From: an uncultured virus (IMG/VR IMGVR_UViG_3300009161_000002)
Taxonomy: Duplodnaviria; Heunggongvirae; Uroviricota; Caudoviricetes
Length of the DNA: 62,355 nucleotides
Virus record (IMG/VR): IMGVR_UViG_3300009161_000002
Reading direction: 5' to 3' (one strand)
Each line of letters starts with the position of its first letter. Within the stretch, counting starts at the first letter, position 1. This document shows, piece after piece, positions 47,675 through 57,775 of this stretch. Both the position numbers and the translations under genes were made by a program. A model generated the notes under the pieces. That model had not been told where the DNA came from and searched no databases. It was given only the letters and a program-made list of their open reading frames with translations.

Positions 47675-50419
47675 CTATTTTTGTTTTCCAGGTTTTACAT
47701 CAAATTTATTTTTATTTTCTTGTGCAACTTGTAATTGTTTATCAGCAATCTCTTTTTGAGCTTGAATTTTCTCTCTCTCCATTTGATTTTTCTGATTCTC
47801 AATTGTCATTCTGTTTACTTCTTTCTCTCTTTGTAAACCTGCTTGCTCTTGATATTGTTCTGTATCTCTAATATCTTTCATAGCATCTTGATAATCTGAC
47901 ATTTGATTTTGATCAACATCTGCAGTAGCACCATAACCAGCAGCTCTAATTTCAGCAACAAGGATATCTCTTTGTCTATCTTTTTCTTTTTCAGCCATTG
48001 TTGAATCAATTTTCATTTTCTCAATTTCTTGTTGAGATTGAATTTGTTGTTCCTGCATTTGTTGTTGCTGTTGCATTTCTTGTTGTTTCTGTTGTTGTTG
48101 TTTTTGTTCAGATTCTTTTAATGCTGAATTTAATTGAGCAATTGAATCTGACTGAACAACTTTACCAAGATCGTAGATAGAAGCACCAGTAGTATTATTC
48201 TGAAGAGCCATTTGTTTTAATTGCTCAAGAATAGATCTATGATTAGCAGTGGTACTTACTGCAATATTTAAATCTCTTAGTAATAAATCAGTACCATTAA
48301 TCTCAAAGTTAACTTTCTCATCTGCTGTAGTAATATAAGTTAATCTAGCTGATGGTTTGGTAGAATGATAGTATTGTGCCAAGTCAGTTCTCATTTGATG
48401 TACTCTTGGCATTAAATAATCACAGTGTTGAATAAAGAATATTTCTGTCTGTGCATAAGAAGCTGCAACAGCTTGTTCTACTCCGGTTGCAGTTTGTTGT
48501 GATAACTGTTGACCCATTCTTTGTGGATTAACTCCAATCACCTCATATGCTTGTTGTTTAAAATAGTTAGCAAGTTGGATTCTTGACAGCAAACGGTTAG
48601 TCTGTTCTAGATCTAATTTTTGGAAATGTTGAAAGTTAGTAGCATTCTCAGTGTTTGTAATTGATGTATCTAACGGAAGAATCTGAAAGTTCTTCATTGC
48701 AACAAAAGCTTTTGCATAATTACCTTTTCCCCAATCTTCTCCTAATGAGTGACGAGGTAATGCATTTTGATCAAGCATGATTACAGTACCAAGTTCATCT
48801 ACTAAGATATCTGCAATCTGATTATTAACAATGTTGTATCCAATCTGGTATGGTTTCATTAAGTCAAGCAATGCAGTAGACTTAGTATTTCTATCTGAAA
48901 ATACAGATCCTTCTACCGGAAGTTTACATCCATACAAAGAATTATCTCCTTTAAATTGAAACTTAAGTGGCCCAATATGATTTCTATTAACACCAATGTA
49001 TATTGGAGAGAATCCACCAGGATTATTCATACCCCAGTAACTAGGAATATTTGGTCCAATTTTTACACCACCCCATACTTCATTAATCCAGATCCAATCA
49101 ATATGTTCTCCAAACAATAAATTATCTTTTGTTTTGTTTTTGAAAACTCTTGTGTCATAAATAGGTTTATCTGTAATTACATAATCTTCAGATATTATGT
49201 CATTCGACACTTCCCCTTCTTCAGTAATCTTAACTAAGTGTCCAATTTTCTTTTGAGACTTCCAGTATCCAGTAGTTACTCTAAGTAAATAAGCAGTACC
49301 TTGATCATAATAGTCTTCTCCTTCAGCTAAGATTTGACTAATAACATCTGCACCATCTAGTATATTACCAGCCATAAAAGATGTATATTGTCTCATTCCT
49401 AATGATGGCATGTTCGTATTCCAGTCATGTGATTTAGTTCCATCATAGAATGAACCATCATTTTGAACACCTCCAATGTTATATCCTGCTGATCTAATTG
49501 GATATACATTCTCTAAGGCCTCATGTTGTTCTTCTGTAAGAACGTGACCATACTTATCAATAACATCTGATACAGTAAACATATCTGTTTTACCTACCCA
49601 ATTTGATTGAGAAATATATCTAATATCTGGAGACTTGTGATAGAAGGTAAGAACAGGATTCCATAATTCTACTTCATAATCATCTTCCATCATTTGAAAA
49701 TGCCAGAATTCTCTGTCTGTAATAAGCATATCACGGAAACCTCTTTCCTCTAGCTCATCCATTCTAAATCTTTCTACATCAACAGCATGTTGATGAGAAG
49801 CCCATTGTTCTACCATAGAGCGGTAATCTTTCTTAAAGAACTGTTCAATTTGTGGTAGTTGTTTTATAGCATCAGGTGCTAGTTGTTGTTTTGCTTCTTC
49901 AGATTCAGGATCAAGTCCTTGTTCTAACATTGCTGCAACTATTTTTGTTTGAGCATCTGTCATTAATGTTTCTTCTACTTGTGCTCTTTTTTGTTCAAGC
50001 ATTTCATTGTAAGAAAAATCATCAATAGCTCTATATGTTAATTTAGTAGATCTCTTAGCAAATTCAGCCACTAAAACATTAATAACATTTGGAATGATTG
50101 GATAAAATTTTAATTCTAATGCTGAGTAATCGTCTTGTACAAGAGTTTCTACTATATCTCTATACTCATTGTTTTCTTCAATAATATAATCTGTTCTATC
50201 AATAATACCTTTTGCTAATTTATAATTCTTCATTAGTCTTCTAGCATTTCTACGGATTTGTTTCAATCCTTGCCACTCCAACCAATCAAGATTCCAAGCT
50301 GCCCATTCCTCAGTTTTATCTTTTTTAGGAATAAACTGTAATGGTTGGGTAATACTACCCATCCTGTTTTGTTCAGTCTTAGCACCTTTCTTAGCCTGTA
50401 ATGCGTTTATTATTTGCAT
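47675..50419 (-). CDS. Portal protein (914 aa)
   Basis: K...W, NY.LA.G, YPIIP..IN.L..E, W.WINEVW.G.KIG, MKPYQ..YN, R.GQ...TATG..QA motifs; Gln-rich coiled-coil C-terminus; follows terminase. Confidence 0.9.
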   Translation of the reverse strand: MQIINALQAKKGAKTEQNRMGSITQPLQFIPKKDKTEEWAAWNLDWLEWQGLKQIRRNARRLMKNYKLAKGIIDRTDYIIEENNEYRDIVETLVQDDYSALELKFYPIIPNVINVLVAEFAKRSTKLTYRAIDDFSYNEMLEQKRAQVEETLMTDAQTKIVAAMLEQGLDPESEEAKQQLAPDAIKQLPQIEQFFKKDYRSMVEQWASHQHAVDVERFRMDELEERGFRDMLITDREFWHFQMMEDDYEVELWNPVLTFYHKSPDIRYISQSNWVGKTDMFTVSDVIDKYGHVLTEEQHEALENVYPIRSAGYNIGGVQNDGSFYDGTKSHDWNTNMPSLGMRQYTSFMAGNILDGADVISQILAEGEDYYDQGTAYLLRVTTGYWKSQKKIGHLVKITEEGEVSNDIISEDYVITDKPIYDTRVFKNKTKDNLLFGEHIDWIWINEVWGGVKIGPNIPSYWGMNNPGGFSPIYIGVNRNHIGPLKFQFKGDNSLYGCKLPVEGSVFSDRNTKSTALLDLMKPYQIGYNIVNNQIADILVDELGTVIMLDQNALPRHSLGEDWGKGNYAKAFVAMKNFQILPLDTSITNTENATNFQHFQKLDLEQTNRLLSRIQLANYFKQQAYEVIGVNPQRMGQQLSQQTATGVEQAVAASYAQTEIFFIQHCDYLMPRVHQMRTDLAQYYHSTKPSARLTYITTADEKVNFEINGTDLLLRDLNIAVSTTANHRSILEQLKQMALQNNTTGASIYDLGKVVQSDSIAQLNSALKESEQKQQQQKQQEMQQQQQMQEQQIQSQQEIEKMKIDSTMAEKEKDRQRDILVAEIRAAGYGATADVDQNQMSDYQDAMKDIRDTEQYQEQAGLQREKEVNRMTIENQKNQMEREKIQAQKEIADKQLQVAQENKNKFDVKPGKQK

Positions 50420-50425
50420 AACTTA

Positions 50426-52630
50426 TTATTTAATATTTTTAAATGCAGATTTTTTAAATCCACTATTGAGCATATTGGTTTTTCCACCACCCATGTGTCT
50501 AAACATACTCTTATTTAATTTAAACAAATTTTCTGACTTTTGCAAGTTTTTGGCAGTATCATCCATGATTACTTTTTTAGTATAACCTCTATTTGTTTGT
50601 TGTATCCTCATGAATGCAACCAATGCAGCAAAAGAAACTAACCTATCCACATTGACTCCTGGTGCATATTCTCTCATCTCTTGAAGTAACATTTGATCAG
50701 GGATTCTTTCAATGCCATATTTTGTACGTACAATTGTACCATCAGCTTTAGTTTCTACATCAAGTTCTTCTTTACAGTATTCAATAGCATAACTTAATAA
50801 GTGAGCTTTAAATAGTGTACCAGTATTTTTCCAACCATACTCCTGGAAGACGTTAGCATTTGCACCAAGATCTTTTAAGAACATAATTTGGCTTTTAGGT
50901 ACTAAGTATCTTTGTTTTTTTCTTGACATCATATACTGAATAAATAAGGAAATGTTATTCTCAATAACAGTCCAAGCATTGTACCATTCAATAATTAACT
51001 CAAGTTTTTGATGTGTTTTATTTATATCATCATATCTACCACACCAAGCTGCTACAATTTTATCTGGTTCTATATAAGTTTCTGTCTCTGTTCCGGTTAT
51101 TTTAGTTACCTCTATAGGAGCTTTCATAACATAGATAGAACATAATGATTCTGAGGTGGTTGTCTTACCTTCTGACACGGGGTCAATAGATGCATAGTAC
51201 TGACCAAATGATGGTTCAGCTACTGGTCTTTCCCATACTACAAGACATCCTGTTTTATCTTCAGTCTTTTTAGTCATTGGAAACTCCTTAATTGGTTGTT
51301 TATTAGATGCTTTTACAACTGGTTTTCCATTTTCATCTGTACTAATATCTAAGAACTCATAGCCATATTCTTTATCTTCAATTCTTCTTTGTTGTGCAGT
51401 AAGTAAATGTGTTGGGAATACAGATACAGTTCTGTGTGCAAATGCTTCTTCAATATTTCTTGGATGCTGAGAAATCCTTAATTGATAATCTTCTGGGGAT
51501 AACTCATTTTTCCATTTAGCAAACTGTTCATCTAAAGCTTGTAATGCTTCTTCTACAAGTGAATTACCATACTCATCAATATGTGGTGGCATAGACCACT
51601 GCTCAGGAATAAATAATCCTGACATACCTATAGTACCTTTTGCATCTATTAGATTTGTTTCAACAGCATAAATGTCTTTTGATATAGGGTTAAGAATCAT
51701 ATCCCTTAGAGGATTACATTGAGATAAGTCTCCCACAGATCCTGCGGCCATGAACATTCCTGTTGTAATCATACCTGATCTCATGGCTGGTCTCATGTAC
51801 TCATATGTCTGATCCATCTTAGGAGCAATCCCTGCTTCCTCATGAAAGAAGTATTTTACTGGACCTCCTACACCATTTGTAGGATCTTTTTCAAAAGACA
51901 TACCTTGCATAGTACCTTTTAAACCTACCTCATTCTTTCTATCTCCTTTTCTAACTTCAATCTTTTGTTGCCACATTAGTACTTTGTCTGGAGACATTGG
52001 TCTATACCATGCAGTATGTTCATTTAAGAATGCTGCATACTCAGACATAAATTTCCATGAACCTTTTTCATTGATATAATCTTTAAGACTAGCTCCCATT
52101 TTAAGAGTTACACCAGACTCAAACCAGAGTTGATTAAGTAACTTAGAAATATGAAAGTATGATGATGCTATCTGACGTTTCTTTAAGATAGCTACATGCT
52201 GATAGTTTAGTTCAGCTAATAGTTCATATATTGCCATATGATACTGTGCATCTCTGACTTTAGCAAAACCAAAGTTTTGTTCTTCTTTATCAAAGATAGG
52301 TAAGAAGTTTAACCACATGTAGTAATCTCTTGTTAGATACCAAGTCTTACCATTGTTTTTATAGAATACACCTTTTCTACATTTATGTTTTTCATTATCC
52401 CAGTAGTTAATAAAATCTTTAGATTTGAAAGGTGCTGTACAATATACATTGTTTTGTTTAAATTTTACAGACTGCTCATTAAATATGAAACTTGTTTCAT
52501 CAAATTCATATTGACCAGGTTCTTTAAAGAGTTCTTGAATGATATCGGCAAATTCTTGTCTAGAGTTATAACTAACTGTAGTCCAATCACCATTATCCCA
52601 ACAGGGTATATCTTCGTATATTTGACTCAT
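50426..52630 (-). CDS. terL: Terminase large subunit
   Basis: crAss-type ATPase motifs LKKRQIASSY and FFHEEAG; RNase H-like nuclease YASIDP, IENN, NVDRLVS. Confidence 0.9.
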   Translation of the reverse strand: MSQIYEDIPCWDNGDWTTVSYNSRQEFADIIQELFKEPGQYEFDETSFIFNEQSVKFKQNNVYCTAPFKSKDFINYWDNEKHKCRKGVFYKNNGKTWYLTRDYYMWLNFLPIFDKEEQNFGFAKVRDAQYHMAIYELLAELNYQHVAILKKRQIASSYFHISKLLNQLWFESGVTLKMGASLKDYINEKGSWKFMSEYAAFLNEHTAWYRPMSPDKVLMWQQKIEVRKGDRKNEVGLKGTMQGMSFEKDPTNGVGGPVKYFFHEEAGIAPKMDQTYEYMRPAMRSGMITTGMFMAAGSVGDLSQCNPLRDMILNPISKDIYAVETNLIDAKGTIGMSGLFIPEQWSMPPHIDEYGNSLVEEALQALDEQFAKWKNELSPEDYQLRISQHPRNIEEAFAHRTVSVFPTHLLTAQQRRIEDKEYGYEFLDISTDENGKPVVKASNKQPIKEFPMTKKTEDKTGCLVVWERPVAEPSFGQYYASIDPVSEGKTTTSESLCSIYVMKAPIEVTKITGTETETYIEPDKIVAAWCGRYDDINKTHQKLELIIEWYNAWTVIENNISLFIQYMMSRKKQRYLVPKSQIMFLKDLGANANVFQEYGWKNTGTLFKAHLLSYAIEYCKEELDVETKADGTIVRTKYGIERIPDQMLLQEMREYAPGVNVDRLVSFAALVAFMRIQQTNRGYTKKVIMDDTAKNLQKSENLFKLNKSMFRHMGGGKTNMLNSGFKKSAFKNIK

Positions 52631-52632
52631 AA

Positions 52633-53148
52633 TTAACTATCGTAAGCTAATCCCTGTCCACCTCTAACTTTACTTGATTGTTCATCTTGAAGATCTTTGT
52701 AAACTCCTTTAAATGATGCTCTAATTTGATCAAAGTTTTTAGCTGCAGCAACTAGTGAATTAATGTTACCATCTCTTCCTGCTGTAATTTGTGTAGTCTC
52801 CATGTATCTAGCCAATCTATCTAACATGGATGCCATACCTTTGTAGGCTCTTGATGTAGGAGTTTCATACATTTTTTGGCAAAACTGTAATGCAATAAAT
52901 ATATCATCTTCCTCTGGAGAAAACTCTGCTTGTATCTCTTGTAGGATAATTGGTTCTTTATCTATCTCAGGAGTATGAAAGAAAGGATTCATATCTGGAT
53001 TAGGACACGTCATATAAAACAAGTATAGATAAATCTTAAGATGATCTTCAGGATATTTATCCATTATATCTTTAAGAGCTTTTAGTGTATAGCAATGTTC
53101 TGTTGGAACTACTACTCCATTTTGTACATCAAATAGTCTTGTTATCAT
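52633..53148 (-). CDS. Conserved helical protein upstream of terminase (possible small subunit)
   Basis: YL.YM...NPF, YETPT, C-terminal KVRGG; adjacency to terL. Confidence 0.5.
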   Translation of the reverse strand: MITRLFDVQNGVVVPTEHCYTLKALKDIMDKYPEDHLKIYLYLFYMTCPNPDMNPFFHTPEIDKEPIILQEIQAEFSPEEDDIFIALQFCQKMYETPTSRAYKGMASMLDRLARYMETTQITAGRDGNINSLVAAAKNFDQIRASFKGVYKDLQDEQSSKVRGGQGLAYDS

Positions 53149-53981
53149 TTCTTTTTAATTTTGTGTTTGTTGTTTTGTAAAAAATGCATAATACTAATTA
53201 CCTCATCTACAAGATAAGGTACTGACATAGGAGTAACTTCTTTGACAATTGGATTACCATCATGATCTAACTTAGCAATAGGATAACCCCATTTGTCTTC
53301 TTTTTCTTGTTCAAATGTAATATGATGTATAAAAATTTTTCCTGGTTTTAATTTAGGATTATGCTTAAGTATAATATACATATAAATACTCAACTGTAAT
53401 GCATAGTGATTAAAATTACAATCATCTAAATGACTTATAGGATCAAGCATTTTTTCTGATACACCTTCCCAATTAGTAAATGCTTCAGTCTTAATTTCTT
53501 TATTAGTCTTATAGTCAATTATATTTACTTTACTATTGACTACTTCAACTAAATCTGATTGACCACATATACCTGCAGATCTTAAATAAACCATATGTTC
53601 TGGATATACACCAGAGTCAAGTTTTTGTAAAGGTGCATATCTAATACCATCCGTTTCACCAGATGGTGCAAATACAGGAATAGTAACTCCTTCTCTTTCC
53701 ATGGAAGCAAAAGAACATAAGTCATCTTCTCTTTGATTATGATAATATGTCCCTAAAGTAGTAGCTCTATCTGCTTCATTCTTCCAAATAGCTTCTATGT
53801 CTTTAGGTTCAACACCATACCATTTTGATCTTTTATTTTTAGAAACTTTTTCAGCTATAACTTTTGCATCAAATCCTTTTTTTAAACTTGATATGATTGT
53901 AGTTACACTTATCCAATCAATTCCTTCTTCACCATCAATACTTTTATAGCTATGATCTGATGCGTTAAATACTATACTCAT
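53145..53981 (-). CDS. PD-(D/E)XK (Cas4/RecB-like) nuclease
   Basis: SVTT, GTYYH...E, GQSDL...IIDYKTNK, HYALQLSIY. Confidence 0.85.
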   Translation of the reverse strand: MSIVFNASDHSYKSIDGEEGIDWISVTTIISSLKKGFDAKVIAEKVSKNKRSKWYGVEPKDIEAIWKNEADRATTLGTYYHNQREDDLCSFASMEREGVTIPVFAPSGETDGIRYAPLQKLDSGVYPEHMVYLRSAGICGQSDLVEVVNSKVNIIDYKTNKEIKTEAFTNWEGVSEKMLDPISHLDDCNFNHYALQLSIYMYIILKHNPKLKPGKIFIHHITFEQEKEDKWGYPIAKLDHDGNPIVKEVTPMSVPYLVDEVISIMHFLQNNKHKIKKK

Positions 53982-53983
53982 AA

Positions 53984-54283
53984 CTATACATTTTCTATAA
54001 TTGAATCAGCTAATGTTCTAGATGCTTCATCTTCTGACATAAGCATTTTTCTAATATTACTTACTTCTTCTTTTGTAAACTTACCTTCCAAGCCTAGTAC
54101 TTTTAATCTTAAACATTTATTATCAAGTTCTAATTTATTTAATCTATTTATAAGTTCTGATAGAGAAGTTGTTGGAATTGGATCATAAGGTATTGTACTG
54201 TTTATTTGACTCCATACACCAGAACCTGTACCTGAAACAGTTCCCTCTTTTAGAGGATCATAATTAATTAAATTTTCATACAT
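53984..54283 (-). CDS. Hypothetical protein (99 aa)
   Basis: Tightly packed co-oriented ORF with a short coiled coil. Confidence 0.65.
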   Translation of the reverse strand: MYENLINYDPLKEGTVSGTGSGVWSQINSTIPYDPIPTTSLSELINRLNKLELDNKCLRLKVLGLEGKFTKEEVSNIRKMLMSEDEASRTLADSIIENV

Positions 54284-54287
54284 AGCA

Positions 54288-54587
54288 TTAATCTTTAAGG
54301 TTATCTAATACATCTTCTTCTTCTACAGTAGCAAGAGCTTCCCATTTACCAAGTGGACAATCAGCTGCCAAAGATCTTGTTTTGAATGTTAATGAACATC
54401 CACACTCATTACAACAAGGAGCTGTTCCTTTAACAGCACACTTTTTTCCTTTACTAGGACAGTCATCACAAATAGAATATCTTAATCTAGCAATTTCTTC
54501 TACTGTTTCATCACGAATAACACTATTGGTTATCCCCTCCAGAATCTGTTTCCTGTTTTGCCAGATTAGTTTTAGAGTATTTTTCAT
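54288..54587 (-). CDS. Cys-rich Zn-binding protein
   Basis: R..IC..CP...C...CC..CGC...KTRS...CPLGKW. Confidence 0.7.
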   Translation of the reverse strand: MKNTLKLIWQNRKQILEGITNSVIRDETVEEIARLRYSICDDCPSKGKKCAVKGTAPCCNECGCSLTFKTRSLAADCPLGKWEALATVEEEDVLDNLKD

Positions 54588-54933
54588 CTTTAAAAGTTTG
54601 TTTTTTTGTTAGTTCTTTATCTATCTTCTCATTAATTTTATTCAAAAGTTCTAATTTCTCTTCCACACTTTTTTTATTATGATATGCACCAAAAGTTGAT
54701 GTGTCATGATTATTTAAAACCTTTTCATAATGAGGTATTGCTCTTTTTACTTTTTGTATTTTTACTACAAAATGTCCTAGACCATCTACATTTGTTCTCA
54801 ATTCACTGAGACTACTTAAGTTTTTTCTTAATGTTTTATAGTATAACTCTACCAAGTTTTCAACTAAATCCTCAGAAACATCAAATTCTTTTGTTATTTC
54901 TGTGTATAATTTATTTGCTTTCTTCGGTATCAT
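54523..54933 (-). CDS. HU/IHF-like DNA-binding protein
   Basis: Two helices (EITKEFDVSEDLVENLV) then NVDGLGHFVVK, the HU G[FL]G.F signature. Confidence 0.6.
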   Translation of the reverse strand: MIPKKANKLYTEITKEFDVSEDLVENLVELYYKTLRKNLSSLSELRTNVDGLGHFVVKIQKVKRAIPHYEKVLNNHDTSTFGAYHNKKSVEEKLELLNKINEKIDKELTKKQTFKDEKYSKTNLAKQETDSGGDNQ

Positions 54934-55291
54934 TTCCTAAAAATTTAAAGTCTAATAAAATAATACCTTCAGTTTGAATTTTTAAATTTGGATTCAACAT
55001 TATAATTTTTTTATTAGTTGAATCTTTTACTATCAATCCATTCTTCTCAGATTTATTTACACTATTTCTTACTGTTTGCGGAGATTTAAAAATCCAATCC
55101 TCTTCAGAAGATGCATCAAGACAAAAATTACTCAACTCAATAGGTTGATTAAAACTTAATAATGTAAGACAGTCTAAATCAGAATCACTCATTGTTACAC
55201 GATTAATATAACAATGAGTGAGAATCTGAAATTTAACAATATCCCATTTGGGCATTCTTACCCTTTTCTGTACTTGATTAACAAGAGCCAT
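54911..55291 (-). CDS. Putative winged-helix DNA-binding protein
   Basis: SPQTVRNSVNK.EKNGLIVK followed by a beta wing. Confidence 0.5.
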   Translation of the reverse strand: MALVNQVQKRVRMPKWDIVKFQILTHCYINRVTMSDSDLDCLTLLSFNQPIELSNFCLDASSEEDWIFKSPQTVRNSVNKSEKNGLIVKDSTNKKIIMLNPNLKIQTEGIILLDFKFLGNDTEESK

Positions 55292-55575
55292 TAGCCTCTT
55301 CTTAATTTTTTACCTGCTGCCGGTGCTTTCTTTTCAGTAGGTTCATTTTCTAATTCTTCTTGTTCCATCTCTTGTTGAGCAGCCATCATGTTAGCATATT
55401 GGAATTGCATAGTTGCTCTTTTGTATCTTGCCTCTTCTACATCAGTAAGTAATTTCTCATACTTAGCTTGTGATTCAAGATACGGAATAGATGACTCATA
55501 AAAATTCTTCATTTCTAATCTTCTAGCTTCTAACTGTTCTGCAGTTAATTGCTCTTCTTGTTGTTGGTTTTCCAT
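55291..55575 (-). CDS. Hypothetical coiled-coil protein (94 aa)
   Basis: First gene after a promoter motif; helical Q/E-rich. Confidence 0.7.
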   Translation of the reverse strand: MENQQQEEQLTAEQLEARRLEMKNFYESSIPYLESQAKYEKLLTDVEEARYKRATMQFQYANMMAAQQEMEQEELENEPTEKKAPAAGKKLRRG

Positions 55576-55597
55576 AATATAATATTTTAATATTTAG

Positions 55598-55611
55598 ACA
55601 AATATACTAAA
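55598..55611 (-). promoter_or_regulatory. Promoter-like motif TTTAGTATATTTG (contains Bacteroidota TAnnTTTG)
   Basis: Follows a terminator; heads the packaging operon. Confidence 0.7.
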
Positions 55612-55637
55612 AAAGTTTAAACCTAAATCATTTAAAC

Positions 55638-55670
55638 AAAAAAAATCCAAGTACAGAAAGTACCTGGATT
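55638..55670 (-). terminator. Rho-independent terminator
   Basis: Minus strand AATCCAGGTAC-TTTCT-GTACTTGGATT followed by a T-tract. Confidence 0.8.
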
Positions 55671-55691
55671 ATTATAGCTTAAATAAGAGTT

Positions 55692-55997
55692 TTATTTTTT
55701 AGTTTTAATAATGCCTCCTTTTTTTTGTTTTTTATTAAACATGTTACTTACAGTTTTATTTGTAAGTTCTGCAATACCTAAACCTACTGCTCCTGCTCCT
55801 GCTACTATTTTAGCACCAAGACCTAATTTTTCACCAGCACTTCTAACTCTAAATGTTTTAGTTTTTCCACATTTAGGTCTTCTTCTACGTTTTGGCCAAC
55901 CATCTACCATAACAGTCTCCATACAAGAGTCATCGGATGATCCTCCTGTTTCATAACTTTTCATAGATCTAATTATTTGATTTTTAGAATGTATCAT
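55692..55997 (-). CDS. Small basic protein with hydrophobic segment (101 aa)
   Basis: YETGG and QKKGG motifs flank a basic region and IVAGAGAVGLGI. Confidence 0.65.
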   Translation of the reverse strand: MIHSKNQIIRSMKSYETGGSSDDSCMETVMVDGWPKRRRRPKCGKTKTFRVRSAGEKLGLGAKIVAGAGAVGLGIAELTNKTVSNMFNKKQKKGGIIKTKK

Positions 55998-55999
55998 GA

Positions 56000-56158
56000 C
56001 TATCTGTTTTTAATTGTAAAATTAAATAATGTAAACATATAGAATTCTCTACATATGTCTACTTCAATTGTTAAGATATCTAATTTAGATATTCTTAATC
56101 TTATTGCAAATTTGTCCCATTGTTTGACAGGGGAATTCCAATTGTTTCTAAATTTCAT
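56000..56158 (-). CDS. Hypothetical protein (52 aa)
   Basis: Not in track: MKFRNNWNSPVKQWDKFAIRLRISKLDILTIEVDICREFYMFTLFNFTIKNR; fills the gap. Confidence 0.7.
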   Translation of the reverse strand: MKFRNNWNSPVKQWDKFAIRLRISKLDILTIEVDICREFYMFTLFNFTIKNR

Positions 56159-56172
56159 AATTGTTTGTTTAA

Positions 56173-56766
56173 TTATTTAATATCTTTACTCTCTAGTAAA
56201 GTATATGTAAAATGATTACCATGAAAATCTTTAGCTTTATTTATTATTTTCATAAACTCATCAAAATCTTTTGTTCTTTTAAATACCTGGCAACCTTCTG
56301 ACCAATTCTCTACAAAGTTTGAGACTGAACCTGCTTTGTGTATATTTATACCAAACATTCCAGTATCTGTTTCTACCTCATCAAAGGTCATGTTTTTATT
56401 TTTATCTCTCCATACAGTTACATCACCTAGTCTTTGGCACAATGCTTCATACTTTCCTTGGTGTTTAGATATAGTATACACACCTCTATACTGTCCTGGT
56501 ACTAATCTAGCAACACCATTTGCATTGTGAAATTGCATCACTCCCTTTTTACCTGGCTCAGTAGTATTGTCCCATTCATGATACTTCCATACCCCATCTA
56601 ACTTATAAGATAAAGTCATCTTATCATCAAATAAATTAGTTACTGTTTGACCGGTATCAGAATTTCTTACTCCTACTATATTAACATCATAGTTTCCAGG
56701 ACCTGCAAAATATACATATCCTTTAGCTTTTATTGCTTTTTCTATTTGTTCTCTAGTGTAACTCAT
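56173..56766 (-). CDS. Putative endolysin, L,D-transpeptidase (YkuD-like) fold
   Basis: GINIHKAG...WSEGCQV (H...S.GC catalytic motif); adjacent to holin and spanin. Confidence 0.7.
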   Translation of the reverse strand: MSYTREQIEKAIKAKGYVYFAGPGNYDVNIVGVRNSDTGQTVTNLFDDKMTLSYKLDGVWKYHEWDNTTEPGKKGVMQFHNANGVARLVPGQYRGVYTISKHQGKYEALCQRLGDVTVWRDKNKNMTFDEVETDTGMFGINIHKAGSVSNFVENWSEGCQVFKRTKDFDEFMKIINKAKDFHGNHFTYTLLESKDIK

Positions 56767-57263
56767 TAGTTTTTAATATTTTTATAAGTATCTGATGCTT
56801 TTTCTATACCACCTCTAATTTTCTTAACTGTATCTGATACCGACTTAAGCATATTATTACCTGTGATGTCAAACCAGTTCTCATTGATAGATGATAATTC
56901 TATTATAGAAAATATACATAATAAGAAGTTAGTATAGACCGCTGTTGTAGGAAGTGTAAATCCATAATTTAATCCTTTTATTACGTCATTAGTAAAAGGA
57001 GTAAGTGCATAGTAATCTAGAGGAAATAATGCTCCGGCAAAAATATAATATCCTGCAGCTTTAAATATATAACCTCTTCTAAGTATTTTTGATTTAAATA
57101 CTTCTCTGTATTTTTTACCTTCTTGACAGGCAATCTTTTTAAGAGATATTAGTTTAACTATTGTATCTATAAAGATAATTATCATTAATAGAATTGCACA
57201 TAGTTCTATTGGAGCAAAGAAAGAGAATATAGACAAAATAGCTAGTGTTATTTTTGTTTTCAT
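56766..57263 (-). CDS. Holin
   Basis: Several hydrophobic helices, IDT...S..LRR and IELSSINEN (phage holin 4-like); in lysis cassette. Confidence 0.75.
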   Translation of the reverse strand: MKTKITLAILSIFSFFAPIELCAILLMIIIFIDTIVKLISLKKIACQEGKKYREVFKSKILRRGYIFKAAGYYIFAGALFPLDYYALTPFTNDVIKGLNYGFTLPTTAVYTNFLLCIFSIIELSSINENWFDITGNNMLKSVSDTVKKIRGGIEKASDTYKNIKN

Positions 57264-57754
57264 GGTAAAGGAATCTGAGATTTAACAATCTTTATAATTA
57301 CATATATTAAAATTATAATCATCACAATACCACCTACAACAGCTAAAAAAGTTACCCACCAAGGAATATACTTAATTTTTTCCGGCTTTAATGTTTTAGT
57401 TACAACTTTAGTATGATAAACATCATTGCCCTTAATCGTCCTATATATTGTCTGGACTTTAGCCTTAGATGTGTATATGTTATTTTGTAGTTTTGTTTGT
57501 AGACTTATTAACTTACCATCCTTGTCTCTAAGGTCTCCGTTTAGTTGAGATATAACATTACCTAAAGAGTCACAATAAAGTGTGTCTAATAGGGTTATTG
57601 TTTCTCCAGGAATAGTTATGGTGGTATCTTTAAGTTGTATTACAGTTATTGTACTATCTTTTTGTACACACAACGGGCAATACTTAGCTAGTCTTTTTTC
57701 AAGAGAGCAAGAACTAACAAAAACTAAAAGTAATAGATATATAAAATACTTCAT
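57260..57754 (-). CDS. Unimolecular-spanin-like lipoprotein (164 aa)
   Basis: ATG at 57754 gives MKYFIYLLLLVFVSS-C lipobox, a beta-rich middle and a C-terminal TM helix (WWVTFLAVVGGIVMIIILIYVII). Confidence 0.65.
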   Translation of the reverse strand: MKYFIYLLLLVFVSSCSLEKRLAKYCPLCVQKDSTITVIQLKDTTITIPGETITLLDTLYCDSLGNVISQLNGDLRDKDGKLISLQTKLQNNIYTSKAKVQTIYRTIKGNDVYHTKVVTKTLKPEKIKYIPWWVTFLAVVGGIVMIIILIYVIIKIVKSQIPLP

Positions 57755-57760
57755 ATCTAT

Positions 57761-57771
57761 AATATACAAAA
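57761..57771 (-). promoter_or_regulatory. Conserved promoter-like motif TTTTGTATATT
   Basis: Upstream of the lysis cassette (ATG 57754). Confidence 0.65.
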
Positions 57772-57775
57772 AAAT

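Noticed and set aside
47675..52630. Introns or inteins in terminase, portal or MCP
   Set aside because: ORFs are continuous, of normal size, with no intein termini or homing endonuclease motifs seen.
53145..53981. Cas4 / CRISPR system
   Set aside because: Stand-alone PD-(D/E)XK nuclease typical of crAss-like packaging regions; no repeat-spacer array or other cas genes seen.
57755..57769. TTG start for the spanin-like ORF
   Set aside because: It overlaps the promoter motif; ATG 57754 gives a canonical lipoprotein signal.
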